Source: Dehalococcoidia bacterium (GTDB taxonomy: Bacteria > Chloroflexota > Dehalococcoidia > Lucifugimonadales > JADFKI01). From it: a DNA stretch of 64,000 nt. The position numbers were made by a program, and so were the translations under genes. Where the stretch lies: assembly GCA_965242555.1 (NCBI GenBank), contig CBDESO010000008.1, positions 547,577 to 611,576 on the forward strand, written 5' to 3'. Below, one piece after another: positions 37,572-46,479 of the stretch (positions are counted from its first letter, which is position 1; the number at the start of each line of letters is the position of its first letter). Below the pieces are notes generated by a model. It was not told the origin of the DNA and made no database searches. It saw only the letters and a list, made by a program, of their open reading frames with translations.

Positions 37572-38693
37572 TTACCGAGTTAGACGCTGGCGCAAAGCGT
37601 CTAATAGAAACTGCGAGAAACGGTCGTCCGGATTTGTAAAATCGCATACGAACACGCGCGATAGCGCATCACTCACTTCAGGAGTCGGTTGCGTGTTTTG
37701 GTTATACGAAAAGCAGGCGGAGAAGTGTCCGTGCTCTTCGAAGTCTCTTCGCTTGTCGCTCATATCCTCGCGCGATGCGATACCCAATTCACCACGATTA
37801 ATAGGGTTAGTCGACGGGAAACTTTTGGAATCCATTGTCCAAAATATGGAAAGATACCCTGCCTGCATCAAGGCTTGGCTCATCGGCACATCATCAGTGC
37901 GCCTTTCAGCGAGACTAGCCTTGACATGAATGACGCCTAGCAATCGCTCTTTGCCATCCATATGATACAGAATTAGCGCATCGGCTTTATCGGGCACTAT
38001 CCTAGAATCTCGGATAACGCCCAAGTGAGCGGCTTTCTCTGCTTTGTTGCTTGTCTTGATGAATAGGCGATTCCGGCGGAGGAATTCCCCATAATGATCC
38101 ACCAAGACACGCTCCAAAGCCCACCCGCTGGCGCGTTTCCAGCTCTGTTCTAGGTTCAACCTCGCATTAGCCGCCGGATGGTTCGCGCGGTCGCAATACG
38201 CGCGACCTATCAAGAATGTCCACAGATCTGAGGGATTAGCGTTTTGCCATAGTTCAGCGACGCGAATAAAGGCGCGAGCCACCGCGCCCGACCTATCCCT
38301 GCCGGTTGCAAGTGAATTTTTGAGTACGCCTATTACTTCGTTATATTGAGCCAGAGTTGCGCCGCTTAAGAAATACTCTGCGTCATATCTGTCATACTTA
38401 AATCTGACAGTTAGGCCGTCAGGCGTCTCTGTCGCCGTTACGCCAACAGGCAATTGGGGGATAGCCCCCTCATCTTCGCCAATTCCGGTGAATAGTCTTG
38501 CGGGCGCAACTCCCAAAGCCAAAGCCAGATTTATTATCGCTGACAGAGAGGGATTGCGTTCACCTCGCTCGATGCCGCCAACATATGACCTGTCTAGTCT
38601 GGCGGCAGCCGCAAGGCTTTCCTGGCTAAGCCCTAAGGCTTCCCGAAATTGCCGAACATTTCTGCCGAATGTGAACTGCTCTGAATTATCCAT
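37572..38693 (-). CDS. XRE-type HTH fused to a putative PD-(D/E)xK restriction endonuclease
   Basis: The N-terminus has VRQFREALGLSQESLAAAARLDRSYVGGIERGERNPSLSAIINLALAL. The C-terminus has IVPD-x19-VIHVKASLAERR. It is convergent with the methyltransferase with 4 nt between the stops. Confidence 0.55.
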   Translation of the reverse strand: MDNSEQFTFGRNVRQFREALGLSQESLAAAARLDRSYVGGIERGERNPSLSAIINLALALGVAPARLFTGIGEDEGAIPQLPVGVTATETPDGLTVRFKYDRYDAEYFLSGATLAQYNEVIGVLKNSLATGRDRSGAVARAFIRVAELWQNANPSDLWTFLIGRAYCDRANHPAANARLNLEQSWKRASGWALERVLVDHYGEFLRRNRLFIKTSNKAEKAAHLGVIRDSRIVPDKADALILYHMDGKERLLGVIHVKASLAERRTDDVPMSQALMQAGYLSIFWTMDSKSFPSTNPINRGELGIASREDMSDKRRDFEEHGHFSACFSYNQNTQPTPEVSDALSRVFVCDFTNPDDRFSQFLLDALRQRLTR

Positions 38694-38799
38694 AGCAGGT
38701 ATTCTGACAACTTCGCTCAGATAAATCTACGGACTAATCGTATCATCTAGCGGATCCGGCAATGCGATAACCGAACCCGACCCGAATTAGCCCATCCCC

Positions 38800-40188
38800 C
38801 TACCCCCGCTCACCCGCGCGCCCTCGCCTCAGCGTCAGTATCAGCGGCACGGCTATCAGCGCGCTGAACGCCATTAGCGCGAATGGGTCGCGGTAGTTGC
38901 CGCGCTCGTCGGCTATCCAGCCCACCAGCACGGGCGCTATCACGCCGAATACCGCGCTTGTGGTCATCAGCGTTCCCATTATGCTGCCGTAGTGCTGCCT
39001 GCCGAATATGTCGGCTATCAGCGCGAACCGCACGGGGATGGACGCGCCGAACCCAAAGCCCCAGGTTATCACGAATATCGCCAAGTGCCATATCTCAGTG
39101 CTGTACGCGAACACTATCGTGCCAACGAACTGGAACAGCAGCGCCACCGCTATGACATGCCGCTTGTCCAGCCTGTCGCCCACTATGCCGCAGCCCAGTC
39201 GCCCGGCGACGCTGAACAGCGATACGCCCAGTATCGCCACGCCCGCTATCTCGCGGCTGAGGCCAAAGCTTGTGATGGCGGGTATCTGGTGTATGGACGC
39301 GGATATGACCAGCCCGGATATGCCCATAGCGAGCGCGAGCTGCCAGAACACGCGGCTTGTGAGCGCTTGGCGCGTTGTGTAATTGACTTCGCGGGACAAG
39401 GCGGATCTGCGCCTATCGCCGCCGCCCGACGCCTGCTCCGCGGGCTGCTCGGCGCCGTCCGGCAGCAAGCCGTATGCCTCCGGGCGGCTTTTCATTGTGA
39501 ACGACACGGGTATCCCGATTATCAGGTAGCCGATGCCTATCACAACCAAGCCCATGCGCCAGTCGGCGGTTGCGATTAGCCATACCACCACCGGCACAAG
39601 CACGCCGCCTATGCCCGAACCCGCCATTGTGATGGACAGCGCGCGCGACCGCTGCGCCACGAACCAGTTGGCGACGGTCGTGGTCACCACCAAGAAAGTG
39701 CCGAATGAAAGCCCCAGAGTCAGCACCAGAAAGGCGGCGTAGAACTGCCAGCGGTTCTGTATCAGGCTCAGCAGGATGAACCCCAGCGCCGTCAGCGCCG
39801 TGCCGAACAGCATCACATTGCGCGGGCCGAACTTGTCTATGAAATAGCCCACGAATGGCGAAATCGCGCCCGATTCGGTGCGCTGCAGGGACATCGCCGC
39901 CGCGGTGGACGCGCGGCTCCAGCCGAACTGCTCCACGATTGGGTCAAAGAACGCGCCGAAACCCTGCCAGAATGTGCCGGATGTGTAGGCTTGGCTGACC
40001 GATCCCGCGCCCACTATCCACCAGCCGTAGAACACGGGCTTTCGGCGCGCGCCGCCGCCTGCCGCCTCAGGCGCGCTAAGTGGCGGCTCGCCATCCGCCT
40101 CCGCGTCCGCCGCGCCCTTTGACCGCGAAAGAAACCTCACCCGACTATCTCCAAATGCCGGCGCCATATCCCGCGCCCGCCCAATCAT
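38800..40188 (-). CDS. MFS transporter (oxalate/formate antiporter-like)
   Basis: About 12 predicted TM helices and the text GYFIDKFGPRNVMLFG. The N-terminal ~60 aa are hydrophilic, so the start is uncertain. Confidence 0.8.
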   Translation of the reverse strand: MIGRARDMAPAFGDSRVRFLSRSKGAADAEADGEPPLSAPEAAGGGARRKPVFYGWWIVGAGSVSQAYTSGTFWQGFGAFFDPIVEQFGWSRASTAAAMSLQRTESGAISPFVGYFIDKFGPRNVMLFGTALTALGFILLSLIQNRWQFYAAFLVLTLGLSFGTFLVVTTTVANWFVAQRSRALSITMAGSGIGGVLVPVVVWLIATADWRMGLVVIGIGYLIIGIPVSFTMKSRPEAYGLLPDGAEQPAEQASGGGDRRRSALSREVNYTTRQALTSRVFWQLALAMGISGLVISASIHQIPAITSFGLSREIAGVAILGVSLFSVAGRLGCGIVGDRLDKRHVIAVALLFQFVGTIVFAYSTEIWHLAIFVITWGFGFGASIPVRFALIADIFGRQHYGSIMGTLMTTSAVFGVIAPVLVGWIADERGNYRDPFALMAFSALIAVPLILTLRRGRAGERG

Positions 40189-40481
40189 CTTATCAGGGTC
40201 GCCTATCGGAACGCTAAGTTATGAATTGCCTTGCATATTTTATAACCGGCGGCGTTGCGTGTAAATGGAATTATGGGGCTTGCCGCGCCAATCGCGGGCT
40301 GATAATGTCCGCCGCGCCGCGCTTAATCCATAGATATGCGCCCGTGTTTTGATTTATACTTGTTGCGATGCGGCGACGCTCCGCCCGCGCCGCCGCATCT
40401 CTACGCCGACATGCCGCCGCCGCCCAACCCGCGCCATGCGCCAAACCGCCATATACCGCCATACCGATACCTTGAGGGACA

Positions 40482-41390
40482 ATGCCAAAATACGCTCACC
40501 TGACCGCCACAAGCCGGCTTGACCGCGCGCTGATTGAAGACACGCTGTTCCCGCTGTGCGAGCGGCTGCGAGAGCGGCGCGACCATACCGCGCTGCTGGA
40601 GGGACGGGCGCTCTACTCGCTGTTCTACGAGCCCAGCCTGCTCACGCGCACATCGTTTGAGCGCGCTATGGGGCTGCTGGGCGGGCAGGTGTATCAGACC
40701 GAAGACGCCTCGCAGTTCTTCCCCGTCGCCAACACCGCGCATATGGATAATATCATCAACATCCTCGCAAGCATGCGGATAGACGTCGTCGTGCTGCGGA
40801 GCAGCGATCCGGGCATCGTGGAGCGGGCGGAGTTCGCGGACGCGCTGACGGTCATCAACGGCGGCAGCGCCGACGACCATCCCACGCAGGCGCTGTCCGA
40901 CCTGTACACGCTGCGGCGCGAGCTGGGCGGCGTGGACGGCGCGAACGTGGCGGTGATTGGCAGGCTGGAGCATCGCAATGTGAATGCGCTGCTGCGCGGC
41001 CTGGCGCTCTTCGACGGCGTAACCCTCACGCTTATGCCCGCCAGCGGCGGCGTGGATCCGGACACTATCGCCTACTGCGAGGCGCGCGGCGCAGCCATCC
41101 GCGTTGAGAAAGACCTAGACGCGGCGCGAGAGGCGGACGCGATATATCTCAACGCGCCCCGCACGGTCGCCCATTCGCAATTGCTGCGCTCGCGCGGCTC
41201 ATTCAACCTGCGGATCGACGCCGACTTTATGGCGGCGCTCAAGCCGCATTGCATACTGCTCGACCCGATGCAGCGCAGCGGCGATTTCGCGGTGGAAGTG
41301 CAGGACGACCGCTTGGCGTTCTATCGCCAATCCGAAAACGCGCTGGTTATGCGAATGGCGATACTGGCGCATCTGCTTGGTGGCGCATAG
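40482..41390 (+). CDS. Aspartate/ornithine carbamoyltransferase-fold protein with degenerate active-site motifs
   Basis: FYEPSLLTRTSFE stands where ATCase has FEPSTRTRFSFE. HPTQALSDL is retained. LLDPMQRSG stands where ATCase has HP(L/A)PxNRG. Confidence 0.6.
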   Translation: MPKYAHLTATSRLDRALIEDTLFPLCERLRERRDHTALLEGRALYSLFYEPSLLTRTSFERAMGLLGGQVYQTEDASQFFPVANTAHMDNIINILASMRIDVVVLRSSDPGIVERAEFADALTVINGGSADDHPTQALSDLYTLRRELGGVDGANVAVIGRLEHRNVNALLRGLALFDGVTLTLMPASGGVDPDTIAYCEARGAAIRVEKDLDAAREADAIYLNAPRTVAHSQLLRSRGSFNLRIDADFMAALKPHCILLDPMQRSGDFAVEVQDDRLAFYRQSENALVMRMAILAHLLGGA

Positions 41391-41416
41391 CGGGGGCGGT
41401 TTGGCGGGCGCTGCGC

Positions 41417-42723
41417 CTATGTCTTTGCCGTCTTTGCGCGTCTTGCGGGCGGCGTTGGCGGACGGGCGGCGGCGTTCAGCAGCGCGGCGGCGGCATAGGA
41501 CGCGAGCGCCGCGCCAAACATCGCGCCGTAGCCGCCCGTGGCGCTGAACAGCAGCGCCCCCATCGCCGGCCCCAAGCCCATCGCCCGCCGTGCGAAAAGG
41601 CCCGGTCAGCCCGGTCAGCGCTCCGAATGACGCCCTGCCGAAGTAGTTGCCCACCATCATGCTGCCGATGACGGGTATCGCGCCCGACGCTATCCCCCAC
41701 GCTATCGTAATGTAGAACCCGAACTGCCGCGCGTCCAAAAGCGTGAACGCAAGCGTCGCCGCGGCGGTGGATCCAAGCGCGATTAGCGTCAGCCGCTTGA
41801 TGCCGGACTTGTCGGACAGGTGGCCCCAGAGCGGCACAGACAGCCCGCCAAGTAGCACGCCTGCGGTTATCGCGGCGGCGGCGGCGGTCTGGGATAGGCC
41901 GGCGTCTGACAGGAACGGCGCGAGCTGAAAGCCCACGGCGGCGGTTGTGGACACCGCCAGGAACTCCGCCCAAACGATGCACCAGAACGCGGATGTGAAT
42001 ACGACCTCGCCGGCGCGCCAGTCGAACTCGGCGGGACGGGATGCGCTCGCCGCCGCGCCCGCGCCCGTTGCGCGCTCCGCCGTATCGCCATCCGGCAGCA
42101 AGCCGATGTCCTCGGGGCGCTTTCGCATTATGAGCGCGAGCGGGATAGCCAGTGGCAGCGCGACCAGCCCCAGCGCGCGATAGGCGGCGCGCCAGCCGGC
42201 TACGCCCGCTATGAGCGTGATGAGCTGGATGTTCAGCGCCTCGCCGCCGATGCGATTGAGCGCGGTTATGCCCAGCGCCAGGTTGCGCTTGCGCCGGAAG
42301 AAGTTCACCGCCACGGTTCGCGGCACTACATTTTGCAGGTTAGGCCCCGCGATTGAGCGGGGCGATTATGTACGCGAGATAGAACTGCCAGACGGACTGG
42401 ACGCCCGACAGCGCGAAGAACGCGGCGGCTACCACCAGCGCGGCGGCGAACATTATGTAGCGCGGCCCAAAGCGGTCCACGAGCTTGCCCACGAAAGGCA
42501 TTGTCAGCCCTGAGATCCATGTGGCGGCGGTGGCGGCGAATGCTAGGGTGGCGCGCTGCCAGCCCATATCTTGGGCGATGAGGTCTTGCACGGCGCCCAG
42601 CACGGTTTGGGCTACGCCGGTGGCGATGAACGCGCCCAGCGACGCCGTGCCAAGCACGAGCCAGCCATAGTAGAACTTAGGGCGCGGATGCCAGCGGGCG
42701 AGCGATCTGAGGGCGGTTTTCAC
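41417..42723 (-). pseudogene. MFS transporter gene interrupted by two frameshifts
   Basis: The N-terminal 127 aa (42340-42723) end at a stop after ...IIAPLNRGA, and the reading continues in another frame as GPNLQNVVPRTVAVNFF. After ...PFRTAG (about 41575-41590) the sensible continuation MGLGPAMGALLFSATGGYGAMFGAALASYAAAALL... is again in another frame and ends at 41417. Confidence 0.6.
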
Positions 42724-42745
42724 GCGGGAAAGTGTATGCGATTGC

Positions 42746-42796
42746 GGGGGCGGGTTGCAAGTTTAGGGGGCGCAATGGCAAGGGTTATTTTGGGGG
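42746..42796 (+). repeat. G-tract cluster in an intergenic spacer
   Basis: G runs lie at 42746-50, 42752-54, 42766-70, 42782-84 and 42792-96. Confidence 0.55.
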
Positions 42797-42885
42797 ATGG
42801 CGGCGTTTCCATTGCCGCCGTAAAAGCGGGAAATCGCGCCGAAAATTGTTCGCCGCGATTGCGCTTAATCCCAATCCGCGCCGCG

Positions 42886-43170
42886 CTACCCGTCAAGAAA
42901 GAGCTTGATGAGAATGGCGGCTAAGCCTACCACCGAGGCGCTGCCGAACCCTATTACCGCATAGAAAAGCCTGTCAATCCCGTCGTTAAGTTGATCTATT
43001 CGCGCGTTCATAGCGCGGAAATCTTCCCTTGTAGCGCGAGCATTCTCCCTTGCCTGACGACTCAGTTGCAGCAAAATCTGCAAATGCTCCTCTATTGCGG
43101 CGGGAATAGCGCCGGAAGTCGCAGATGCCTCTACGCGCCCTGGCGCATCTTCTTGCATATCAGTTGCCAT
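42886..43170 (-). CDS. Small tail-anchored coiled-coil membrane protein (same architecture as 2198 and 2510)
   Basis: 94 aa with an acidic N-terminus, a helical RAMNARIDQLNDGIDRL and a C-terminal TM FYAVIGFGSASVVGLAAILIKLF. Confidence 0.5.
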   Translation of the reverse strand: MATDMQEDAPGRVEASATSGAIPAAIEEHLQILLQLSRQARENARATREDFRAMNARIDQLNDGIDRLFYAVIGFGSASVVGLAAILIKLFLDG

Positions 43171-43314
43171 AGCCTAATCACCTCGCCGCCATTCTATCAT
43201 CTATGTCAAGCGATAGCCAAATTAGGCGGCGAGTAGGCTATAATTAGCATAGAACGCGCAAGAAATTTCGCCTAGCAACCTAGCAAGACGGCAAGCGAAG
43301 AGAGGGTTTTGGTC

Positions 43315-46300
43315 ATGGCAACCACTTATCCCCATATACGGCGGTATCACGCGGATCTGCGGCGGCTGGTCGAGGCGGGCGGATCGGCGAATGAACTGCA
43401 CACCCGGCGGGCGTTTGAGAATTGCCTGGACGCATATTGCCGCGAGCATTCGGACGGGCTGACGCTGGTGGCGGAGCAGAGGACGGCGGCGCAGGTGGTT
43501 CCGGACGGGACGGTGCGGGACGCCCTCAGGATGGCGCGCGGGTATTGGGAGGCTAAGGACATTCAAGATGACCTGGACGCGGTGATTCAGGACAAGCTCA
43601 GCAAGGGGTATCCGCGCGATAATATCATCTTTGAGAACACGGATAAGGCGGCGCTGTTTCAGAATGGCGTGGAAACGATGCGGGCGGATATGTCTAGCGA
43701 GCGCGAGCTGCATCGCCTGATCCGGCGCTTTCTGGATTATGAGCTGCCGCAGATCGAGGAGTTCAGGGCGGCGCAGCGGCAGTTCAAGGCGGATTTGCCT
43801 AGCGTGCTGGGCAATCTGCGCGAGGCGGTGGAGGAGGCGCAATTGGACAACGCGGGCTATCAAGCCGCCGCCGCGCAGTTCCTGGCGCTGTGCCAAAAGA
43901 GCATCAGCCCGGAGGTGGCGGACGCCGATGTGCGCGAGATGCTGCTGCAGCATATCCTCACCAAAGACATATTCCTGCGCGTGTTCGCGGAGGATCAGTT
44001 TCACCGCGAAAACAATATCGCCGCGCAATTGGACGCGCTGGAGCGCACATTCTTCACGGGCGATACGCGCCGCCAAGCGATTGACAGGCTGCGCGCCTAC
44101 TACGGCGTTATCGGCAGGGCGGCGGACGAAATCGCCGATTACGCCGAAAAGCAGGGGTTCCTCAAGGCGGTTTATGAGGACTTCTACAAGGCGTACAACC
44201 CCGCCGCGGCGGATAGGCTGGGCGTGGTCTATACCCCCAACGAAGTGGTGGACTTCATCATTCGCGGCGCGGACTGGCTGCTGCAGCGGCACTTCGGCAA
44301 GACGCTGGCGGATATGGGCGTGCAGATACTCGACCCCGCCACCGGCACGGGGACTTTCGTCACGAACCTGATAAACCACCTGCCGGCGGATCGGCTGGAG
44401 TACAAATATCTCAACGAAATCCACGCCAACGAAGTGGCGATTCTGCCCTACTACATCGCCAACCTGAACATAGAGTACACCTACAAAGAGCGCGCCGGGC
44501 GATACAAAGAATTCCCCAATCTGGTATTCGTGGACACGCTGGACAACCTGGACTGGGAGGGCGCAACGGGCGGCGCGGTTCAGCGGCAGGGCGCGCTTGA
44601 GCTGGGGGGGATGTCGGCGGACAACTGGGTGCGGCTGGGGCTGCAGAACGAAAAGCCGATAAGCGTGATTATCGGCAATCCGCCGTATAACGACGGCGCG
44701 ACGCTTTGGGGCGACGGCGGCGCGAACAGGGCGTATCACGAAATAGACAAGCGCATTAGGGAAACCTATGTCGCCGAAAGCTCAGCGCAAAAGACGCATC
44801 AGTACGATATGTACAAGCGATTTATCCGGTGGGCGTCGGATAGGCTTGAGGATGACGGGATCATCGCGTTTGTCAGCAACAACGCATTTTTGGATTCCCG
44901 CCAAGACGACGGGTTTCGCATGGTGGCGTCATATGAGTTCAACGAACTTTGGGCGGTGAACTTGAAAGGCAACGCGCGAACCAGCGGCGAGCGCCGCCGG
45001 CAAGAGGGCGGGAATGTCTTTGACGACAAAATCCGCGTGGGAGTGGCGGTGTACTTCCTTGTGCGGCGCAAGCGGATGCACACTTTCAAGATGTACTACA
45101 ACGCTGTTGACGATTACGCGAAAGCGGCTGACAAGCTCGCGTATCTGCGCGGGCGCAACATTACCGATCTCAAATTCACTGAGATCATTCCCGACGACAA
45201 GGGCAACTGGCTCGAAAAGTCAAACCCCGATTATGAGCGGTTGCTGCCGCTTGCAAATCAGCAAACCAAGTTTGCCAAAACGCTAGACGAAGAGCGGGCG
45301 GTATTCAAGCTCATCACACCTGGGGTAAATACAACCAGGGACGAATGGGTGTACGATTTCGACGTTTCCAATCTGCGGAACAAAGCGCTGTTCTTTGCGG
45401 ATAAATACGCCGAAATGATAGATGGCGGCGATATTTCTAGTTCCGCTATCAAGTGGAGTCACTCGCTCCAAGATAACCTTAAGCGGGGCGAGCGCATCGT
45501 CTTTAACGACGCCAAGCGCATACGGGCAAATTACCGTCCTTTCGTTTCCAAATGGCAATATGCCGAGCCGCTGATGAATGACAGGCTCACCCGCAATCAC
45601 TACGAAATGTTCGGCGCTGACTTGAAACAGCCGAACTCGGTCATCAATTTCTGCGTCAACCATAAGGCGTTCTATGCGCTGGCGTCTGACAAACTGACCG
45701 ACTTGCATTTCACGGGAGATACGCAATGCCTGCCGCTCTACCGCTACACGGCGGATGGCGAGCGGGTATGCAACATCACGGATTGGGCGGTGGAGTTCAT
45801 CAACGCGCACTACCGCAAAGATATGGGGGAGTACTTCGAAAAGGCGATTGGCGCCGACGCCATAACCGCCGAGGACATATTCGCGTATGTGTACGCCGTG
45901 CTGCACGACCCGGTGTATCACTACGATTACAAGGTTGACCTGTTGCGTGAATTCCCTCGGATACCGCTGTACAGCTACTTCGCCAGTTGGACGAAGATGG
46001 GGCGCAAACTGCTGGATCTGCATCTGGGCTTTGAGAGCGTAGAGCCGCATCCGCTGGAGCGCGTTGAGGGCGAATGCCCGGCGGGCAGGACGCTGCTGCG
46101 GGCGGATAAGGAGCGGGGGATCATTCGGATAGACGAGCGGACGACGCTGGCGGGGGTGCCGGCGAATGCCTGGCGATACAAGTTGGGCAGCCGGTCGGCG
46201 CTGGAGTGGGTGCTGGAGCAGTACAAAGAGCGCAAGGCGCGGGACGCCACGGTGGCGGCGCGGTTCAACGGGTATCGGTTCGCGGATCACAAAGAGCGGG

Positions 46301-46479
46301 TGATCGATCTGCTGGGGCGGGTGTGCGCGGTGAGCGATAGGACGATATACATCTTGGACGGGATGGCGTACTGGGATGGCAAATATCTGGTGGTGATGGC
46401 TGAGCGCGATAGGCTGGAATTGACGGGCATGGGACTGAAATCTATATTCAGTTTTCCCAAAAAGGACGTGCCGTGGTAG
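43315..46479 (+). CDS. Single-chain type IIG (MmeI-like / helicase-less type ISP-like) restriction-modification enzyme: nuclease + N6-adenine methyltransferase + target-recognition region
   Basis: D-x9-E-x-K (43519-43557), DPATGTGTF (44332-44358), NPPY (44677-44688) and a C-terminal REFPRIPLY region. Length is 1054 aa from ATG 43315. Confidence 0.8.
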   Translation: MATTYPHIRRYHADLRRLVEAGGSANELHTRRAFENCLDAYCREHSDGLTLVAEQRTAAQVVPDGTVRDALRMARGYWEAKDIQDDLDAVIQDKLSKGYPRDNIIFENTDKAALFQNGVETMRADMSSERELHRLIRRFLDYELPQIEEFRAAQRQFKADLPSVLGNLREAVEEAQLDNAGYQAAAAQFLALCQKSISPEVADADVREMLLQHILTKDIFLRVFAEDQFHRENNIAAQLDALERTFFTGDTRRQAIDRLRAYYGVIGRAADEIADYAEKQGFLKAVYEDFYKAYNPAAADRLGVVYTPNEVVDFIIRGADWLLQRHFGKTLADMGVQILDPATGTGTFVTNLINHLPADRLEYKYLNEIHANEVAILPYYIANLNIEYTYKERAGRYKEFPNLVFVDTLDNLDWEGATGGAVQRQGALELGGMSADNWVRLGLQNEKPISVIIGNPPYNDGATLWGDGGANRAYHEIDKRIRETYVAESSAQKTHQYDMYKRFIRWASDRLEDDGIIAFVSNNAFLDSRQDDGFRMVASYEFNELWAVNLKGNARTSGERRRQEGGNVFDDKIRVGVAVYFLVRRKRMHTFKMYYNAVDDYAKAADKLAYLRGRNITDLKFTEIIPDDKGNWLEKSNPDYERLLPLANQQTKFAKTLDEERAVFKLITPGVNTTRDEWVYDFDVSNLRNKALFFADKYAEMIDGGDISSSAIKWSHSLQDNLKRGERIVFNDAKRIRANYRPFVSKWQYAEPLMNDRLTRNHYEMFGADLKQPNSVINFCVNHKAFYALASDKLTDLHFTGDTQCLPLYRYTADGERVCNITDWAVEFINAHYRKDMGEYFEKAIGADAITAEDIFAYVYAVLHDPVYHYDYKVDLLREFPRIPLYSYFASWTKMGRKLLDLHLGFESVEPHPLERVEGECPAGRTLLRADKERGIIRIDERTTLAGVPANAWRYKLGSRSALEWVLEQYKERKARDATVAARFNGYRFADHKERVIDLLGRVCAVSDRTIYILDGMAYWDGKYLVVMAERDRLELTGMGLKSIFSFPKKDVPW

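Noticed and set aside
43222-46290. Two long minus-strand ORFs (43222-44739, 505 aa; 45283-46290, 335 aa).
   Set aside because: Both are antisense to the type IIG RM gene, which has clear ordered motifs. The antisense translations are Arg/Pro/Gln-rich with no motifs.
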